Assembly (NCBI GenBank): GCA_963767925.1
Contig: CAVYGB010000008.1
Location: 64,001 to 128,000 of the forward strand
Direction: 5' to 3'
Length of the DNA: 64,000 nt
Origin: an uncultured delta proteobacterium
GTDB lineage: Bacteria > Myxococcota_A > Polyangia > Fen-1088
Below the pieces are notes generated by a model. That model did not search any database. It worked only from the letters and a program-made list of their open reading frames with translations, and was not told the origin of the DNA. Position 1 is the stretch's first letter. Every line of letters begins with the position of its first letter. This document shows positions 18,562 to 28,989 of the stretch, in pieces. Both the position numbers and the translations under genes were made by a program.

Positions 18562-21303
18562 ATGGCCAACGAGGAGCAGGTGCGACTAGCCGAGGCCGGA
18601 TCGTCGGAGAAGCCCTGGCGAAAATGGGGTCCTTACCTCAGCGAGCGACAGTGGGGTACGGTGCGGGAGGATCGCAGCCCGGGGGGCGACGCCTGGAACT
18701 ACCTGAGCCACGACGCCTCCCGGGCCCGGGCCTATCGCTGGGGCGAGGACGGCCTGGCGGGTATCTCTGACGACAAGCAGCTCCTGTGCCTGTCGCTCGC
18801 CCTGTGGAACGAGAAGGATCCCATCCTCAAAGAGCGGCTGTTCGGGCTGACCAACAGCGAGGGGAACCACGGCGAAGACGTGAAGGAGTACTACTTCTAT
18901 CTCGACAACACCCCCACCCACTCGTACATGAAATACCTGTACAAGTACCCCCAGGGGGCCTACCCCTATCAGGAGCTGCTCGACAGGAACCGCAGCCGGT
19001 CCCGCAACGACCTGGAGTTCGAGCTGCTCGATACCGGCATCTTCGCCGACGATCGCTACTTCGACGTCTTCGTGGAGTACGCCAAGGCGGCGCCGGAGGA
19101 CCTGCTTGTCGAGATCATCGTCCACAACCGGGGTCCTGAGCCGGCGCCCTTGCGGGTCCTGCCCACCCTCTGGTTTCGCAACATCTGGGGCCCCCGGGAC
19201 CCACGCCCCTCCCTCGTGTCCGGCCCCAGCGCCGCGGGCGCGCCGGTCATCGTGGCCGATCATCCGGCGCTCGGCCGGCGTTACCTGCTGGCCCAGCCCG
19301 GCGCCGAGTTGCTGTTCGTCGACAACGAGACCAACCGCTTCCGGTTCCCCGAGACGAGCGGGTCGGCGAAATATTACAAGGACGGGATCGACTACTACGT
19401 CGTGCGGGACAACCGCGACGCGGTCAACCCGCAGCGGACCGGCACCAAGGCGGCCGCCCACTACCGCCTCACCGTGCCCGCGGGCGGGCAGGCCACGGTC
19501 CGCTTGCGGCTGAGCAACCTGCCCACCAGCGCCCTGGGCCCCGACCCTCTCGGCGCGGGCTTCTCCCGCACGCTGGAGGCCCGGCGGGGCGAGGCCGACG
19601 CCTTTTACGAAGAGGTGATCCCCTCCGCGCTCTCCCCCGACCAGCGCCACGTGACCCGGCAGGCCCTGGCCGGGATGTTGTGGAGCAAGCAGTTCTACGA
19701 CTACGACGTCACGGCCTGGCTGACCGACCGGGGGACCAGCCCCTTCGAAAATGGGCACCGGGCCGGCCCCCGCAACAGCGACTGGTACCACATGGTCAAC
19801 GGCGACGTCATCTCCATGCCCGACAAGTGGGAATATCCCTGGTACGCCGCCTGGGACCTGGCCTTCCATGCCTTGCCGCTGGGCCTCGTCGATCCGGAGT
19901 TCGCCAAGCGCCAGCTCCTCCTGTTGCTGCAGGAACGTTACCTGCACCCCAACGGGCAGGTGCCGGCCTACGAATGGAACTTCGGCGACGTCAATCCACC
20001 GGTCCACGCCTGGGCGGCCTACTTCCTGTACCAGCTCGACCGGCGGCGCACGGGGGTAGGTGACCTGGTCTTTCTCAAAACCGCCTTCCACAAGCTGCTG
20101 CTGAACTTCACCTGGTGGGTCAACCGCAAGGATCCCAGCGGCCGCAACGTGTTCGAAGGGGGCTTTCTCGGGCTCGACAACATCGGCGTCTTCGACCGGA
20201 GCGCGCCCCTGCCCACCGGCGGTCACCTCGAGCAGGCCGACGGGACCGCCTGGATGGCCTTCTATTCCCAGGTCATGTTGCAGATCTCCATCGAGCTGGC
20301 GCTGGACGATCCCACCTACGCCGAGATGGCGAGCAAGTTCTTCGAGCACTTCATCTGGATCGCGGGCGCCATGACCCACATCGGCGGCGGCTGCCAGATG
20401 TGGGACGAGGAGGACGGCTTCTTCTACGACGTCCTGCGCACGCCCGATGGCGGCTCCACCCGGCTGAAGGTCCAGTCCATGGTGGGGCTGCTCCCGCTGG
20501 CGGCGACGACCGTCTTCAGCGGGCGGGCCCGGGAGAAGCTGCCGGGGCTGTTCGAGCGGGCCCGCTGGTTCGTCGAGCAGCGCCCGCAGCTCGTGGGAAA
20601 CATGCACGATCCCCGGCGGCCAGGCGCCTTCCCGGAGCGGCGCCTGCTCGCCATCCTCGGCGAGGACCGGCTGCGGCGGGTGCTGGCCCACATGCTCGAC
20701 GAGAACGAATTCCTCAGCCCCTACGGCATCCGCTCGCTGTCGGCCCGCCACCGCGACGAGCCCTACCGGTTCTGGGCGGGGGGACAGGCCTACAGCGTGG
20801 GCTACCTCCCGGCCGAGTCGGACAGCGGCATGTTCGGCGGCAACTCCAACTGGCGGGGCCCGATCTGGATGCCGGTCAACGCCCTGCTCATCCGGGCGCT
20901 GGTCAACTACTACGCCTACTACGGCGACAGCTTCCAGCAGGAGTTCCCCACCGGATCGGGGCGGACGATGAACCTGTTCCAGATCGCCCGCGAGCTGACC
21001 CAGCGGCTGGGCCGCATCTTCACCGCCGACGCGCAGGGGCACCGGCCGGTCCACGGGGGGGCGAGCAAGTTCCGGGACGATCCCCGCTGGCGCGACCACC
21101 TCCTGTTTTACGAGTACTTCCACGGGGACAACGGGGCCGGCCTCGGCGCCAGCCATCAGACCGGCTGGACCGGCCTGGTGGCGGCGCTGCTCAGCTACTT
21201 TGCCACCATGACCCCCGAGCAAGTTGTCGAGATGGGAGAGGGGGTGGCGCCGGGGAGCCGGAACCCGCCATCACCGGCGCCGCGCGCGGCACAACCAGGC
21301 TGA
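18562..21303 (+). CDS. GH63/MGH1-like glucosidase
   Basis: WGPYLSERQWGTVRED, SMPDKWEYPWYAAWDLAFH, GGNSNWRGPIW, GLGASHQTGWTG; RBS GGAGG. Confidence 0.92.
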   Translation: MANEEQVRLAEAGSSEKPWRKWGPYLSERQWGTVREDRSPGGDAWNYLSHDASRARAYRWGEDGLAGISDDKQLLCLSLALWNEKDPILKERLFGLTNSEGNHGEDVKEYYFYLDNTPTHSYMKYLYKYPQGAYPYQELLDRNRSRSRNDLEFELLDTGIFADDRYFDVFVEYAKAAPEDLLVEIIVHNRGPEPAPLRVLPTLWFRNIWGPRDPRPSLVSGPSAAGAPVIVADHPALGRRYLLAQPGAELLFVDNETNRFRFPETSGSAKYYKDGIDYYVVRDNRDAVNPQRTGTKAAAHYRLTVPAGGQATVRLRLSNLPTSALGPDPLGAGFSRTLEARRGEADAFYEEVIPSALSPDQRHVTRQALAGMLWSKQFYDYDVTAWLTDRGTSPFENGHRAGPRNSDWYHMVNGDVISMPDKWEYPWYAAWDLAFHALPLGLVDPEFAKRQLLLLLQERYLHPNGQVPAYEWNFGDVNPPVHAWAAYFLYQLDRRRTGVGDLVFLKTAFHKLLLNFTWWVNRKDPSGRNVFEGGFLGLDNIGVFDRSAPLPTGGHLEQADGTAWMAFYSQVMLQISIELALDDPTYAEMASKFFEHFIWIAGAMTHIGGGCQMWDEEDGFFYDVLRTPDGGSTRLKVQSMVGLLPLAATTVFSGRAREKLPGLFERARWFVEQRPQLVGNMHDPRRPGAFPERRLLAILGEDRLRRVLAHMLDENEFLSPYGIRSLSARHRDEPYRFWAGGQAYSVGYLPAESDSGMFGGNSNWRGPIWMPVNALLIRALVNYYAYYGDSFQQEFPTGSGRTMNLFQIARELTQRLGRIFTADAQGHRPVHGGASKFRDDPRWRDHLLFYEYFHGDNGAGLGASHQTGWTGLVAALLSYFATMTPEQVVEMGEGVAPGSRNPPSPAPRAAQPG

Positions 21304-21321
21304 AGCTCCGAGGGAGGCAAC

Positions 21322-22011
21322 ATGCGGGTGCTGATCGTCGACGACCACATGGTCTTTCGTGAAGGTATAAAGTCGGTGCTGGCCGGGCTGGCCGACTTCG
21401 AGGTGGTGGGCGAAGCGGAGGCGGCCGAGGAGGCCTTCAGCGTCGCCGACGCCGAGCGGCCCGATCTGGTCGTCCTCGACCTGGTCTTGCCGGGCCTGGA
21501 CGGCTGCGGGGTGGCCCGGGAGCTGCGGCGCCGGCGGGCCGACGTGAAGATCTTCGCCCTCACGGTGTGCGACACCGCCCAGGACCTGCTCGACGCGCTC
21601 GACGCCGGCGTGCAGGGCTTCGCGCTGAAGTCGGAGCCCCTCGAGGCGGTGGTGGCGGGCATGCGCCGGGTAGCCGCCGGTGGCCGCTACGTGACACCCG
21701 CCCTGGCGCACATCTCGGAGCGGGTCCGCCGCTCCGGCTGCGCGACAAACGTGCTCGCCCTGCTCTCGGCCCGGGAGCGGCAGGTATTCGGGATGGCCAC
21801 CGGCGGCCAGTCCGCGGCCCAGATCGCCCAGATCCTCTCCATCTCCCGCAAGACCGTGGAGACCCACCGCCACCGCATCCAGAAGAAGTTCGGCCTGCGC
21901 AGCGCCAGCGACCTCGTCCGCTTCGCCGCCCTCCACGGCCTCATGCCCCCATCTTTACCCACCCCCCTCGAACCCACCGACTCCTCCCCCGACCCCCTCC
22001 CAGCTCCGTGA
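21322..22011 (+). CDS. NarL/LuxR-family response regulator (type B)
   Basis: MRVLIVDDH, LDLVLPGLDG, HTH ISRKTVETHR; 18 nt downstream of the glucosidase, RBS GGAGG. Confidence 0.95.
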   Translation: MRVLIVDDHMVFREGIKSVLAGLADFEVVGEAEAAEEAFSVADAERPDLVVLDLVLPGLDGCGVARELRRRRADVKIFALTVCDTAQDLLDALDAGVQGFALKSEPLEAVVAGMRRVAAGGRYVTPALAHISERVRRSGCATNVLALLSARERQVFGMATGGQSAAQIAQILSISRKTVETHRHRIQKKFGLRSASDLVRFAALHGLMPPSLPTPLEPTDSSPDPLPAP

Positions 22012-22077
22012 CGGTTTCCCCGCCCCCGCCCGGGGGTGACCTCCGCCCCCCCCCCGGGCCACCCGACACCCCCCGCC

Positions 22078-23574
22078 TCAGCCGTCGTGCAAGGCAAACG
22101 CGTGGCACCCCCACGGCGGCAAGTCGAGATACAGCCCCGGACTATGAAGCGACCCCGCCTCGCGGTCATACCGGGCGTCGCCAATCTGATCCGCGAGCAC
22201 CACCTTGCCGGCCCGAGCTGGCAGATCGAGGTCGAGATAACACTGCGCCGGCGTGGGCCCATAGTTGACCACCGTCAGCAGCCGGCGCCCGCCGTCGTCC
22301 CAGAGCCCGGCCACGAACTGTTCAAAGCTGGAGTTGCCGTTCCAGGCCGGGCGCGGCTCGAGCAGCCGCCACTGGCCCTCGTGCACCTCGGATCGGCGCA
22401 GGCAGGCGAGCAGGCGGTCGTAGAACGCGCTCAGCTCCGAATCAACGCTCTCGCGGGGACGGCGCCCGAGGTGCATGGAGGCGCGGGCCCGGCGGCCCTG
22501 CAGCTCACCTTCGTGAAAGAAGCGCAGCCCGGGCACGAAGAAGGTGATGACGGCGGCCGCCTTGTGCCGGGCCAGCGGCTCGAAGGTGGCAGCCGCCCGG
22601 GGCTCGTCGTGGTTCTCCAGGAAGCGGAGCGACCGGTCCTGGAAGTCGCGGTTCGCCCGCAGGTGCCCGGCCACCGGGCCCGCCGGACCGGCCACCAGGC
22701 GATCGTAGAGCCGCTTGTCGTAGGTGTAGTCGAAGCCGGCCTGCTGCAGCTCCCACTCCATGTCCCAGTAGACCTCGGCGATGAAGACGAAGCCGGGGTG
22801 ACGCCGGACGATGCGGGCGATGGCGTCGTGCCAGAACGGCTGGTCGATTGCGCCGCTGCCGTCGGAGGGGGTCGAGCGGTCGCCCCAGGTGCGCAGGAAG
22901 ATCTGGGGCTGGACCAGCATGGCCATGTCGCAGCGGACGCCATCGCAGCGCTCGGCGACGCGGGCGAGCTGGCCCAGCATCGACTCGCGGAGGCCGGCGT
23001 GGCGGTAGTTGAGCTGGAGGGCGTCGGGCCAGCCGGGAAAGTAGGGGTCGCGTCCGAAGGCCAGCACCCGGGGGCCGCGGCTGGTGGCGAAACGTCCCCA
23101 GTTCTGGGGCTCGCGGTGAAGGTCATCCTCGGTCCCCTCGATGAAGAACTCGGGATGCTGGTTGACCCAGGCGTGGTCGGGGGCCACGTGGTTGGGGACG
23201 AAGTCGAGCAGCAGCCTGAGGTTGCGGCGGGCCAGCCGCTCCCGCAGCCGGGCCAGCGCGACGTTGCCCCCGAAGTCCCGGTGCACCTCGTAGGCCTGCA
23301 CGGCGAAGGGCGAGCCCACCACGTCCTCGTCCCGCCAGTCGGGCAGCTCGTGACGGTACGAGTCGCGCAGCGCCGGTCGGGTCCGGGAGATCTCGCGTCC
23401 GGCCGGCCCCGTCTGCCACACCCCCAGCGGCCAGAGCCACTCGAAGCCGCGGGCGGCGACGCCGTCGAGGAAGTCGTCGGGCAGGTCCTCGAGCCCCGCC
23501 CGGCGGCCCAGCGTCCGCCCGAGCTCGCCCAGCAGGACCCGGGTATTGATCTGATAAAGAAGTGGGTGGCGCAT
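22078..23574 (-). CDS. GH13 alpha-amylase-family protein
   Basis: LDFVPNHV, DGVRCDMA, FIAEVY, FLENHDE conserved regions. Confidence 0.92.
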   Translation of the reverse strand: MRHPLLYQINTRVLLGELGRTLGRRAGLEDLPDDFLDGVAARGFEWLWPLGVWQTGPAGREISRTRPALRDSYRHELPDWRDEDVVGSPFAVQAYEVHRDFGGNVALARLRERLARRNLRLLLDFVPNHVAPDHAWVNQHPEFFIEGTEDDLHREPQNWGRFATSRGPRVLAFGRDPYFPGWPDALQLNYRHAGLRESMLGQLARVAERCDGVRCDMAMLVQPQIFLRTWGDRSTPSDGSGAIDQPFWHDAIARIVRRHPGFVFIAEVYWDMEWELQQAGFDYTYDKRLYDRLVAGPAGPVAGHLRANRDFQDRSLRFLENHDEPRAAATFEPLARHKAAAVITFFVPGLRFFHEGELQGRRARASMHLGRRPRESVDSELSAFYDRLLACLRRSEVHEGQWRLLEPRPAWNGNSSFEQFVAGLWDDGGRRLLTVVNYGPTPAQCYLDLDLPARAGKVVLADQIGDARYDREAGSLHSPGLYLDLPPWGCHAFALHDG

Positions 23575-23762
23575 GTCAGCTCCTTGCCCGCGCGCCGTGG
23601 CCGCCCGGGCCGTTGTCCATCGGAGAGTGTCGCCCGTTCAGAGTGACGAGCGGGGTCTCCGGAGACAACGCCCGGCCGCGAGGCCCCGCCGATTGGCGGG
23701 TCTCACTTACAGCCGCTGGAGGCGGACGGGTCGGTTCCTCCCGGGCGCCACCCGACCGCCCC

Positions 23763-24383
23763 TCACTTGCCGGACGGCTCGATCGCCACGGCCATCGCCT
23801 CGGTGAAGGCCAGCTCGATCACCTCACCCGCCTTCAGCCCCTTGAGCCGCTCACGCAGCTCGGGATCTTGCACGGCGATCTCCTGCGTCTTGCCCTCCGG
23901 TCCCTTGACCTTCAGCACGTTCTTCTTGGTGTCGACCGACACGATCTGGGCGGAGACGATCTGGGTCCGCTCCATGGTCCCGCCCGGGCGATCGCCCTGG
24001 GTCCGCTCGACGGTCTCCTTCAGCGACTCACCGGGCTTCGCCTCGCCGGCCCGGCGGACGGCGAGGGCCACCGACTCCTGATAGGACATCTTGATCCGGT
24101 CGCCCTTCTTGATCTGCTCGAACCCTGTCGCCTCGGGCGGGACGTTGACCGTCATGGTCTTGCCCTGCTCGGTCTTCAGGGTGACCGTCCGCTTCTCTCG
24201 ATCCATCGCCTCGACGGTGGCGGTGGCGGTCTTCGTCTCACCGGCGGCGCCCGCCATGCGGGTGCTTGGGTCCGGAGCCTGGCGCGCGGACGCCATCCGG
24301 GACTGGACCAGGATGCCGGCGCTGAGCCCGGTGCCGACGACGATGCCGGCCATGATCAGCATGAACGACGTTGATTTTCTCAT
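23763..24383 (-). CDS. Exported protein with two OB-fold-like repeats
   Basis: N-terminal hydrophobic segment; duplicated 'ATVEAMD...TVTLK...IKKGDRI' / 'AQIVSVD...LKVK...LKAGEVI'; RBS GGAGG. Confidence 0.8.
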   Translation of the reverse strand: MRKSTSFMLIMAGIVVGTGLSAGILVQSRMASARQAPDPSTRMAGAAGETKTATATVEAMDREKRTVTLKTEQGKTMTVNVPPEATGFEQIKKGDRIKMSYQESVALAVRRAGEAKPGESLKETVERTQGDRPGGTMERTQIVSAQIVSVDTKKNVLKVKGPEGKTQEIAVQDPELRERLKGLKAGEVIELAFTEAMAVAIEPSGK

Positions 24384-24637
24384 CGTGAACCTCCCACGCG
24401 CCGCGAATATTGCAGCGCCGAGCGACAAGGTGAGACCAGGGGGCCCCTCGGCCAGGTTCACCCGCCCCCGGGGCCGATATTCGGGAGATTTCCGACCCGA
24501 CATGTCGGCGGCGATCGCGGGGTGGGTACGCGAAATACCCAGGCGCGGCCGGAGAGGCCGGGAAAACACCGCGGAATAGGGCGGACAGCGGAAAAACCCC
24601 GAGATATGGTGGGCCGCCCGTCGGCGCCAGTCCTCTC

Positions 24638-26155
24638 GTGCAGAAGCCCCCCTCCCAGCCTCCCTCCCTCCGTGCGCTCTGCTTCACCTGCGCCCTCGTC
24701 GCGGGCGCCCTGCGCTGCTCCAGCCCGGAGCCGGAGGCGGCGGTCGACCCTGCCCCGGACCTGGCGCTCGCTGGCCCGCGCTGTCCGGTCGAGATCGCCG
24801 AGGTCGCCGCCTACCAGACCGTGAAGATCTCCCTCGGCCGGCCGGAGGGGACCGCCGCCCCCCGCAACGCCGAGCTGATCGCGGGCAAGGAAGCGCTGAT
24901 CCGCGTGTTCGTCGCGCCGACCGCCGCCCTTCCCGTCGCGGGCGTCACCGTGCGCTGGACCCTCTCCTCCGCGGCCGGCGAGCACAGCCAGGAGGCCAGC
25001 GCCGCGGTGACCGCCGCCTCCCGGGACGAGCTCCCGGCCAGCACCTTCGACTTCGCCGTCGCCGCGGCCGACCTCGATCCCGGGGCCCGGGCCACCGTCG
25101 AGATCGTGGCCCCCGCCGCCTGCGCCGGCTTGCCGCGCACCCGCCTTCCCCGCCGCGGCGACCTGGAGCTGCGGCCGCGAACGCTGGGCACGCTCCGCGT
25201 GCGGATCGTGCCCCTTCGTTACCAGGCCGACGGATCGGGCCGTCTGCCCGATACGTCCGGGACTCAGCTCGAGGCCTTCCGGGAGGCGTTGCTGGCCATG
25301 TTCCCGGCCCCCGCCGTCGAGCTCAGCCTTCGCGAGCCCGTCGACACGGGCGTGGCGCTGGGCCCGAACCAGGGCTGGCCCGCGCTGCTCGACGGGCTCC
25401 GACACCTGCGGGCGCAGGACCGCCCGCCCGACGACGTCTATTACTTCGGGCTGGTGGCCCCCGCCCCGGGTCACGCCCGCTACTGCGGCAGCGCCTGCAC
25501 CACCGGCGTCTCCTTCGTCCCCGGCCCCAGGAGCGCCGCCATCCGGGTCAGCGTCGGCCTGGGCTTCTCTGGCCGGCCCGCCGTCGAGGGGCTGGTCCAC
25601 GAGCTGGGCCATGCCCACGGCCGGACCCACGCCCCCTGTGGCGTGCCCCGCGACCCGGATCCCGACTTTCCTTATCCGGAGGCGCTGATCGGCGTGTGGG
25701 GCTTCGACCCGCGGGGCCCCGACCACCTGCGCGCGCCGCTCGCCACCCGCGACATCATGGGCTACTGCGGCCCCCGCTGGGTGTCGGACTACACCTTTCG
25801 CGGGCTGACCTTGCGGAGCGCACAGGTCAACCGCACACCCGCCGATCAGGTGGCCGCGCGCTGGATCGGTGGATCGACGATCTCCGCCGAGGTGCCCCGC
25901 TGGCGGACCCTGTTCGTCGATCCGGCCGGGCGCGCGCGCTGGGGCTGGCCGGCCGAGGGCGAGGCCGCCGGCCCGGCGGTCCCCGCCCTGCTGCTCGACG
26001 CCGCCGGAGAGAGCCGGGGACAGGTCGAGGTGTCGATCATCGAGCTGGCCGACACCGACGAGCGGCTGCTCTGGGTGCCCGAGGCCGCCGCCGCCGCCCA
26101 CACGCTGGTCCTCGCCGGACGCCCGCCCGTGATCCTTCCGACGCCGGCCCGCTGA
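24638..26155 (+). CDS. Zinc metallopeptidase lipoprotein (M66-like metzincin)
   Basis: HELGHAHGRTH zinc motif, Met-turn DIMGY, lipobox-like ALRC. Confidence 0.85.
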   Translation: MQKPPSQPPSLRALCFTCALVAGALRCSSPEPEAAVDPAPDLALAGPRCPVEIAEVAAYQTVKISLGRPEGTAAPRNAELIAGKEALIRVFVAPTAALPVAGVTVRWTLSSAAGEHSQEASAAVTAASRDELPASTFDFAVAAADLDPGARATVEIVAPAACAGLPRTRLPRRGDLELRPRTLGTLRVRIVPLRYQADGSGRLPDTSGTQLEAFREALLAMFPAPAVELSLREPVDTGVALGPNQGWPALLDGLRHLRAQDRPPDDVYYFGLVAPAPGHARYCGSACTTGVSFVPGPRSAAIRVSVGLGFSGRPAVEGLVHELGHAHGRTHAPCGVPRDPDPDFPYPEALIGVWGFDPRGPDHLRAPLATRDIMGYCGPRWVSDYTFRGLTLRSAQVNRTPADQVAARWIGGSTISAEVPRWRTLFVDPAGRARWGWPAEGEAAGPAVPALLLDAAGESRGQVEVSIIELADTDERLLWVPEAAAAAHTLVLAGRPPVILPTPAR

Positions 26156-26226
26156 GCCTGGCTTTCAGTGTCCGTCGGACAGCGCTCCGACGTCGAGCGA
26201 CCACATCTCGGTCGGGAGGAGGCCAC

Positions 26227-27213
26227 ATGAGCAAGCTCGAACGGACCAGGGGAAGCGTTTGTCGGAGCGGTGCTGTCGCGCTGTCGGCGGTGCTCGTCGC
26301 GGCCGCGGGTAGCGGAGGCTGCTGGTGGTGGGACGACGACGTGGCCGCCGGGTCGGCGGACTACGCCTACGAATATTACTATCCGTACACCTATTACTAT
26401 CCGGCCGATCTCTCCTACTCCTCGATGTACTGGTCGGACGACTATCTGTACTCTGACTGGTATTACGCCCAGTCGGGCAGCAGCGAGACCTCGCGCCTCG
26501 GCGTGGGGAGCTTCCTGCGCGCCCTGGCGCGCGGCGAGGCGGTCTGCCCCGGGCAGGTGACGATCACCCCCCGCATGGCGCCGCCGCCCTGCCTGTCGCC
26601 CGACACCACCTCGGTGCGCAGCGGGGCCACCATCGTGTTCAGCGGCTGTCAGACGGCGGGCGGCGGCCGGATCGACGGCACCATCGATGTGCAGGCCAAC
26701 CGTTCGGCCAGCGAGCAGACCTGCTCGTCGAACACCCGCATCACGATGTCGCACACGACCACCATCACCGACCTGACCTTCACCGGTCCGGGCGGGGGGC
26801 GCCTCGTGATCCCGACCCAGACCGACACCGGCACGAACACCTACAACTACGGGGAGCTGCCGGCGATGGTCGGGGTCACCTCGATGGGGCGCTTGCAGGT
26901 CTACGCTGCCAATGGCTCGCTCACCGCCGATCACAGCCACAACGGCACGCGAAACATCACCTACCAGGCCAGCAACAAGACGTACACCGTCTCGGGGATG
27001 ATCAACACCCAGGACGCGCGGGCGGGCGCCAGCGCCAGCCTGGTGGGCAGCAACATCACCCGCACGACCGACTGCTGCCACCCGACCTCGGGTCGGCTCG
27101 TGGTAACGCGAACCGGAGGTACCAACCCCGGCGAGCACACCTGGATGTTCGGCGCGACCTGCGGTCAGATGTCTCTCGACGGCGCCGAGGTCACGCCTCC
27201 CGCCTGCCTGTGA
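26227..27213 (+). CDS. Hypothetical lipoprotein with Tyr-rich N-terminus
   Basis: RBS GGAGGAGG, lipobox SGGC, Tyr-rich tract, Thr/Gly-rich beta region with several Cys. Confidence 0.85.
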   Translation: MSKLERTRGSVCRSGAVALSAVLVAAAGSGGCWWWDDDVAAGSADYAYEYYYPYTYYYPADLSYSSMYWSDDYLYSDWYYAQSGSSETSRLGVGSFLRALARGEAVCPGQVTITPRMAPPPCLSPDTTSVRSGATIVFSGCQTAGGGRIDGTIDVQANRSASEQTCSSNTRITMSHTTTITDLTFTGPGGGRLVIPTQTDTGTNTYNYGELPAMVGVTSMGRLQVYAANGSLTADHSHNGTRNITYQASNKTYTVSGMINTQDARAGASASLVGSNITRTTDCCHPTSGRLVVTRTGGTNPGEHTWMFGATCGQMSLDGAEVTPPACL

Positions 27214-27468
27214 GGCACCCCGTCCCGCCGGTCCATCGTCGCAGACCTGCTCGGTCGGTGGATAGTCGGAAAAGCCCGCATACGGGGCCGTGTAGGTGCG
27301 CTTCTGATTTCGAGGGGCGGTCGGGATCGGGCGGGGGCGAACGTCCGCCCGGGGCGTTGAGAGCGAATAGACTGCCGAGTCGTGCTCCTGACTCTCCACG
27401 CGCACGGACCTCGGCTGGCCAGGTTGTCAGCGAGGCGGGTCGATGAAGCCAATTGCAACGGTGGACGC

Positions 27469-28966
27469 GTGATCATCACCGAAGAATCCGAGACCTCGAC
27501 GGCTGGCTTGTTGCTGGAAGTTCCCTTTGGATTGGCGGTGATCGATCCGGCGCGTGGGCTGATCGTGGAGATGAACCAGGCGGCCGAGCGGATCCTGGGG
27601 GTGTGGCCGACCTCGGCCATCTCTTTCCGGGAGGTGGTGGCGGGCGACGGGGCCGACCTGCTGCAGAGCCTGGATCGGATCGGGGCGGGCCGGAGCAGCC
27701 AGTTCGCCTTCCGCCCACGCGCAGGGAGCGACCCCCAGCCCCTGGTTCATGGCTGGGCCTACCGGGTCGAGCGCGACCACTGGCCCCTCATCTACTGCGC
27801 TTTCCTCCGGCCCGACGGGGACCTGACCCTGGCCAGCGACCGGGAGGGCGACCGGCGCAAGGACGAGTTCCTCGCGGTGCTGGCCCACGAGCTGCGCAAC
27901 CCCCTGGCCCCCATCCGCCTCTGGACCCAGCGCCTGCTGGGGGCCGAGGGGGTCTCGCCGGTGGTGCGCCACGCCAGCGAGGTCGTCGATCGCCAGGTCC
28001 GCCACCTGACCCGCCTGGTGGAGGACCTGCTCGAGGTGTCCCGTTTCATGTGGGGCAAGGTGGCGCTGCGCATGGAGCTGGTGTCCCTGCAGGAGGCCAT
28101 CGAGCTGGCGGTGCAGATGGCCCAGCCGCTCATCGAGGAGCGGAGACACGAGCTGACCCTGGCGCCCGGCCCGCCCGGCCTGTGGGTGCGCGGCGACCTG
28201 GCCCGGCTGGTCGAGATCTTCCAGAACCTGCTGGAGAACGCGGCCAAATACACCGCCCCCAGCGGGGACCTCCGGCTCACCGTCACGACCCTGGACCAGG
28301 AGGCGGTGGTGCAGGTGCAGGACAACGGGATCGGGATCGAGGCCGACTTCATGCCCCGCATCTTCGATCTCGTTCTCCCGCGGCCCCCGGGCCGAGCGCT
28401 CGCCGGCCGGCGGCCTGGGCCTGGGTCTGTCGCTGGTGCAGCAGGTGGTGCTGGCCCACGGCGGCCGGGTGGAGGCCCGCAGCGAGGGGCTGGGGCAGGG
28501 GAGCACCTTCGAGGTTCGGCTGCCGCTGGCCGAGGCGGCCGATCGGGTGGCGCCGCCGCCGCGCGAGGAGCCCATCCCGGAGGGGATCCGCTACCGGCTG
28601 CTGGTCGTCGACGACGATCGCGACGGGGGCGAGGCGCTGGCCTCCTACCTCAACGAGCTGGGGCACGAGGTGACCGCGGCCGCCGACGGGGACGGCGCCC
28701 TGGCCATCGCCGAGCGCATGCAGCCCGAGCTGGTCCTCCTCGACATCGGCATGCCCGGCATGGACGGTCACGAGCTCGCCCGCCGGCTGCGGGCGCTGCC
28801 CGGATCGCAGCAGGCGGTGCTGGTGGCGGTGACGGGCTACGACGCAGAGGCCGACCGGCAGCGCTCCCTGGCGGCCGGCTGCGACGAGCACCTGATCAAG
28901 CCGGTGGATCCCAAGGCGATCCTGGACCTGCTGGCCAAGTACCGCGCCTCCGGACGCCTGCGCTGA
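27469..28966 (+). CDS. PAS-HisKA-HATPase-REC hybrid kinase with +1 frameshift near 28372
   Basis: AHELRNPL, NAAKYT, DNGIG. Deleting one base in TTCGATCTCGTTCTCC restores FDLFSRG...GGLGLGLSLVQQ and joins the REC ORF that ends at 28966. Confidence 0.88.
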
Positions 28967-28989
28967 CCACACCGGTGCTGCGACCAGGC

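Noticed and set aside
21940..22077. C-rich tracts after the type B regulator
   Set aside because: A Pro-rich tail plus homopolymer runs with no defined structure; may include sequencing noise.
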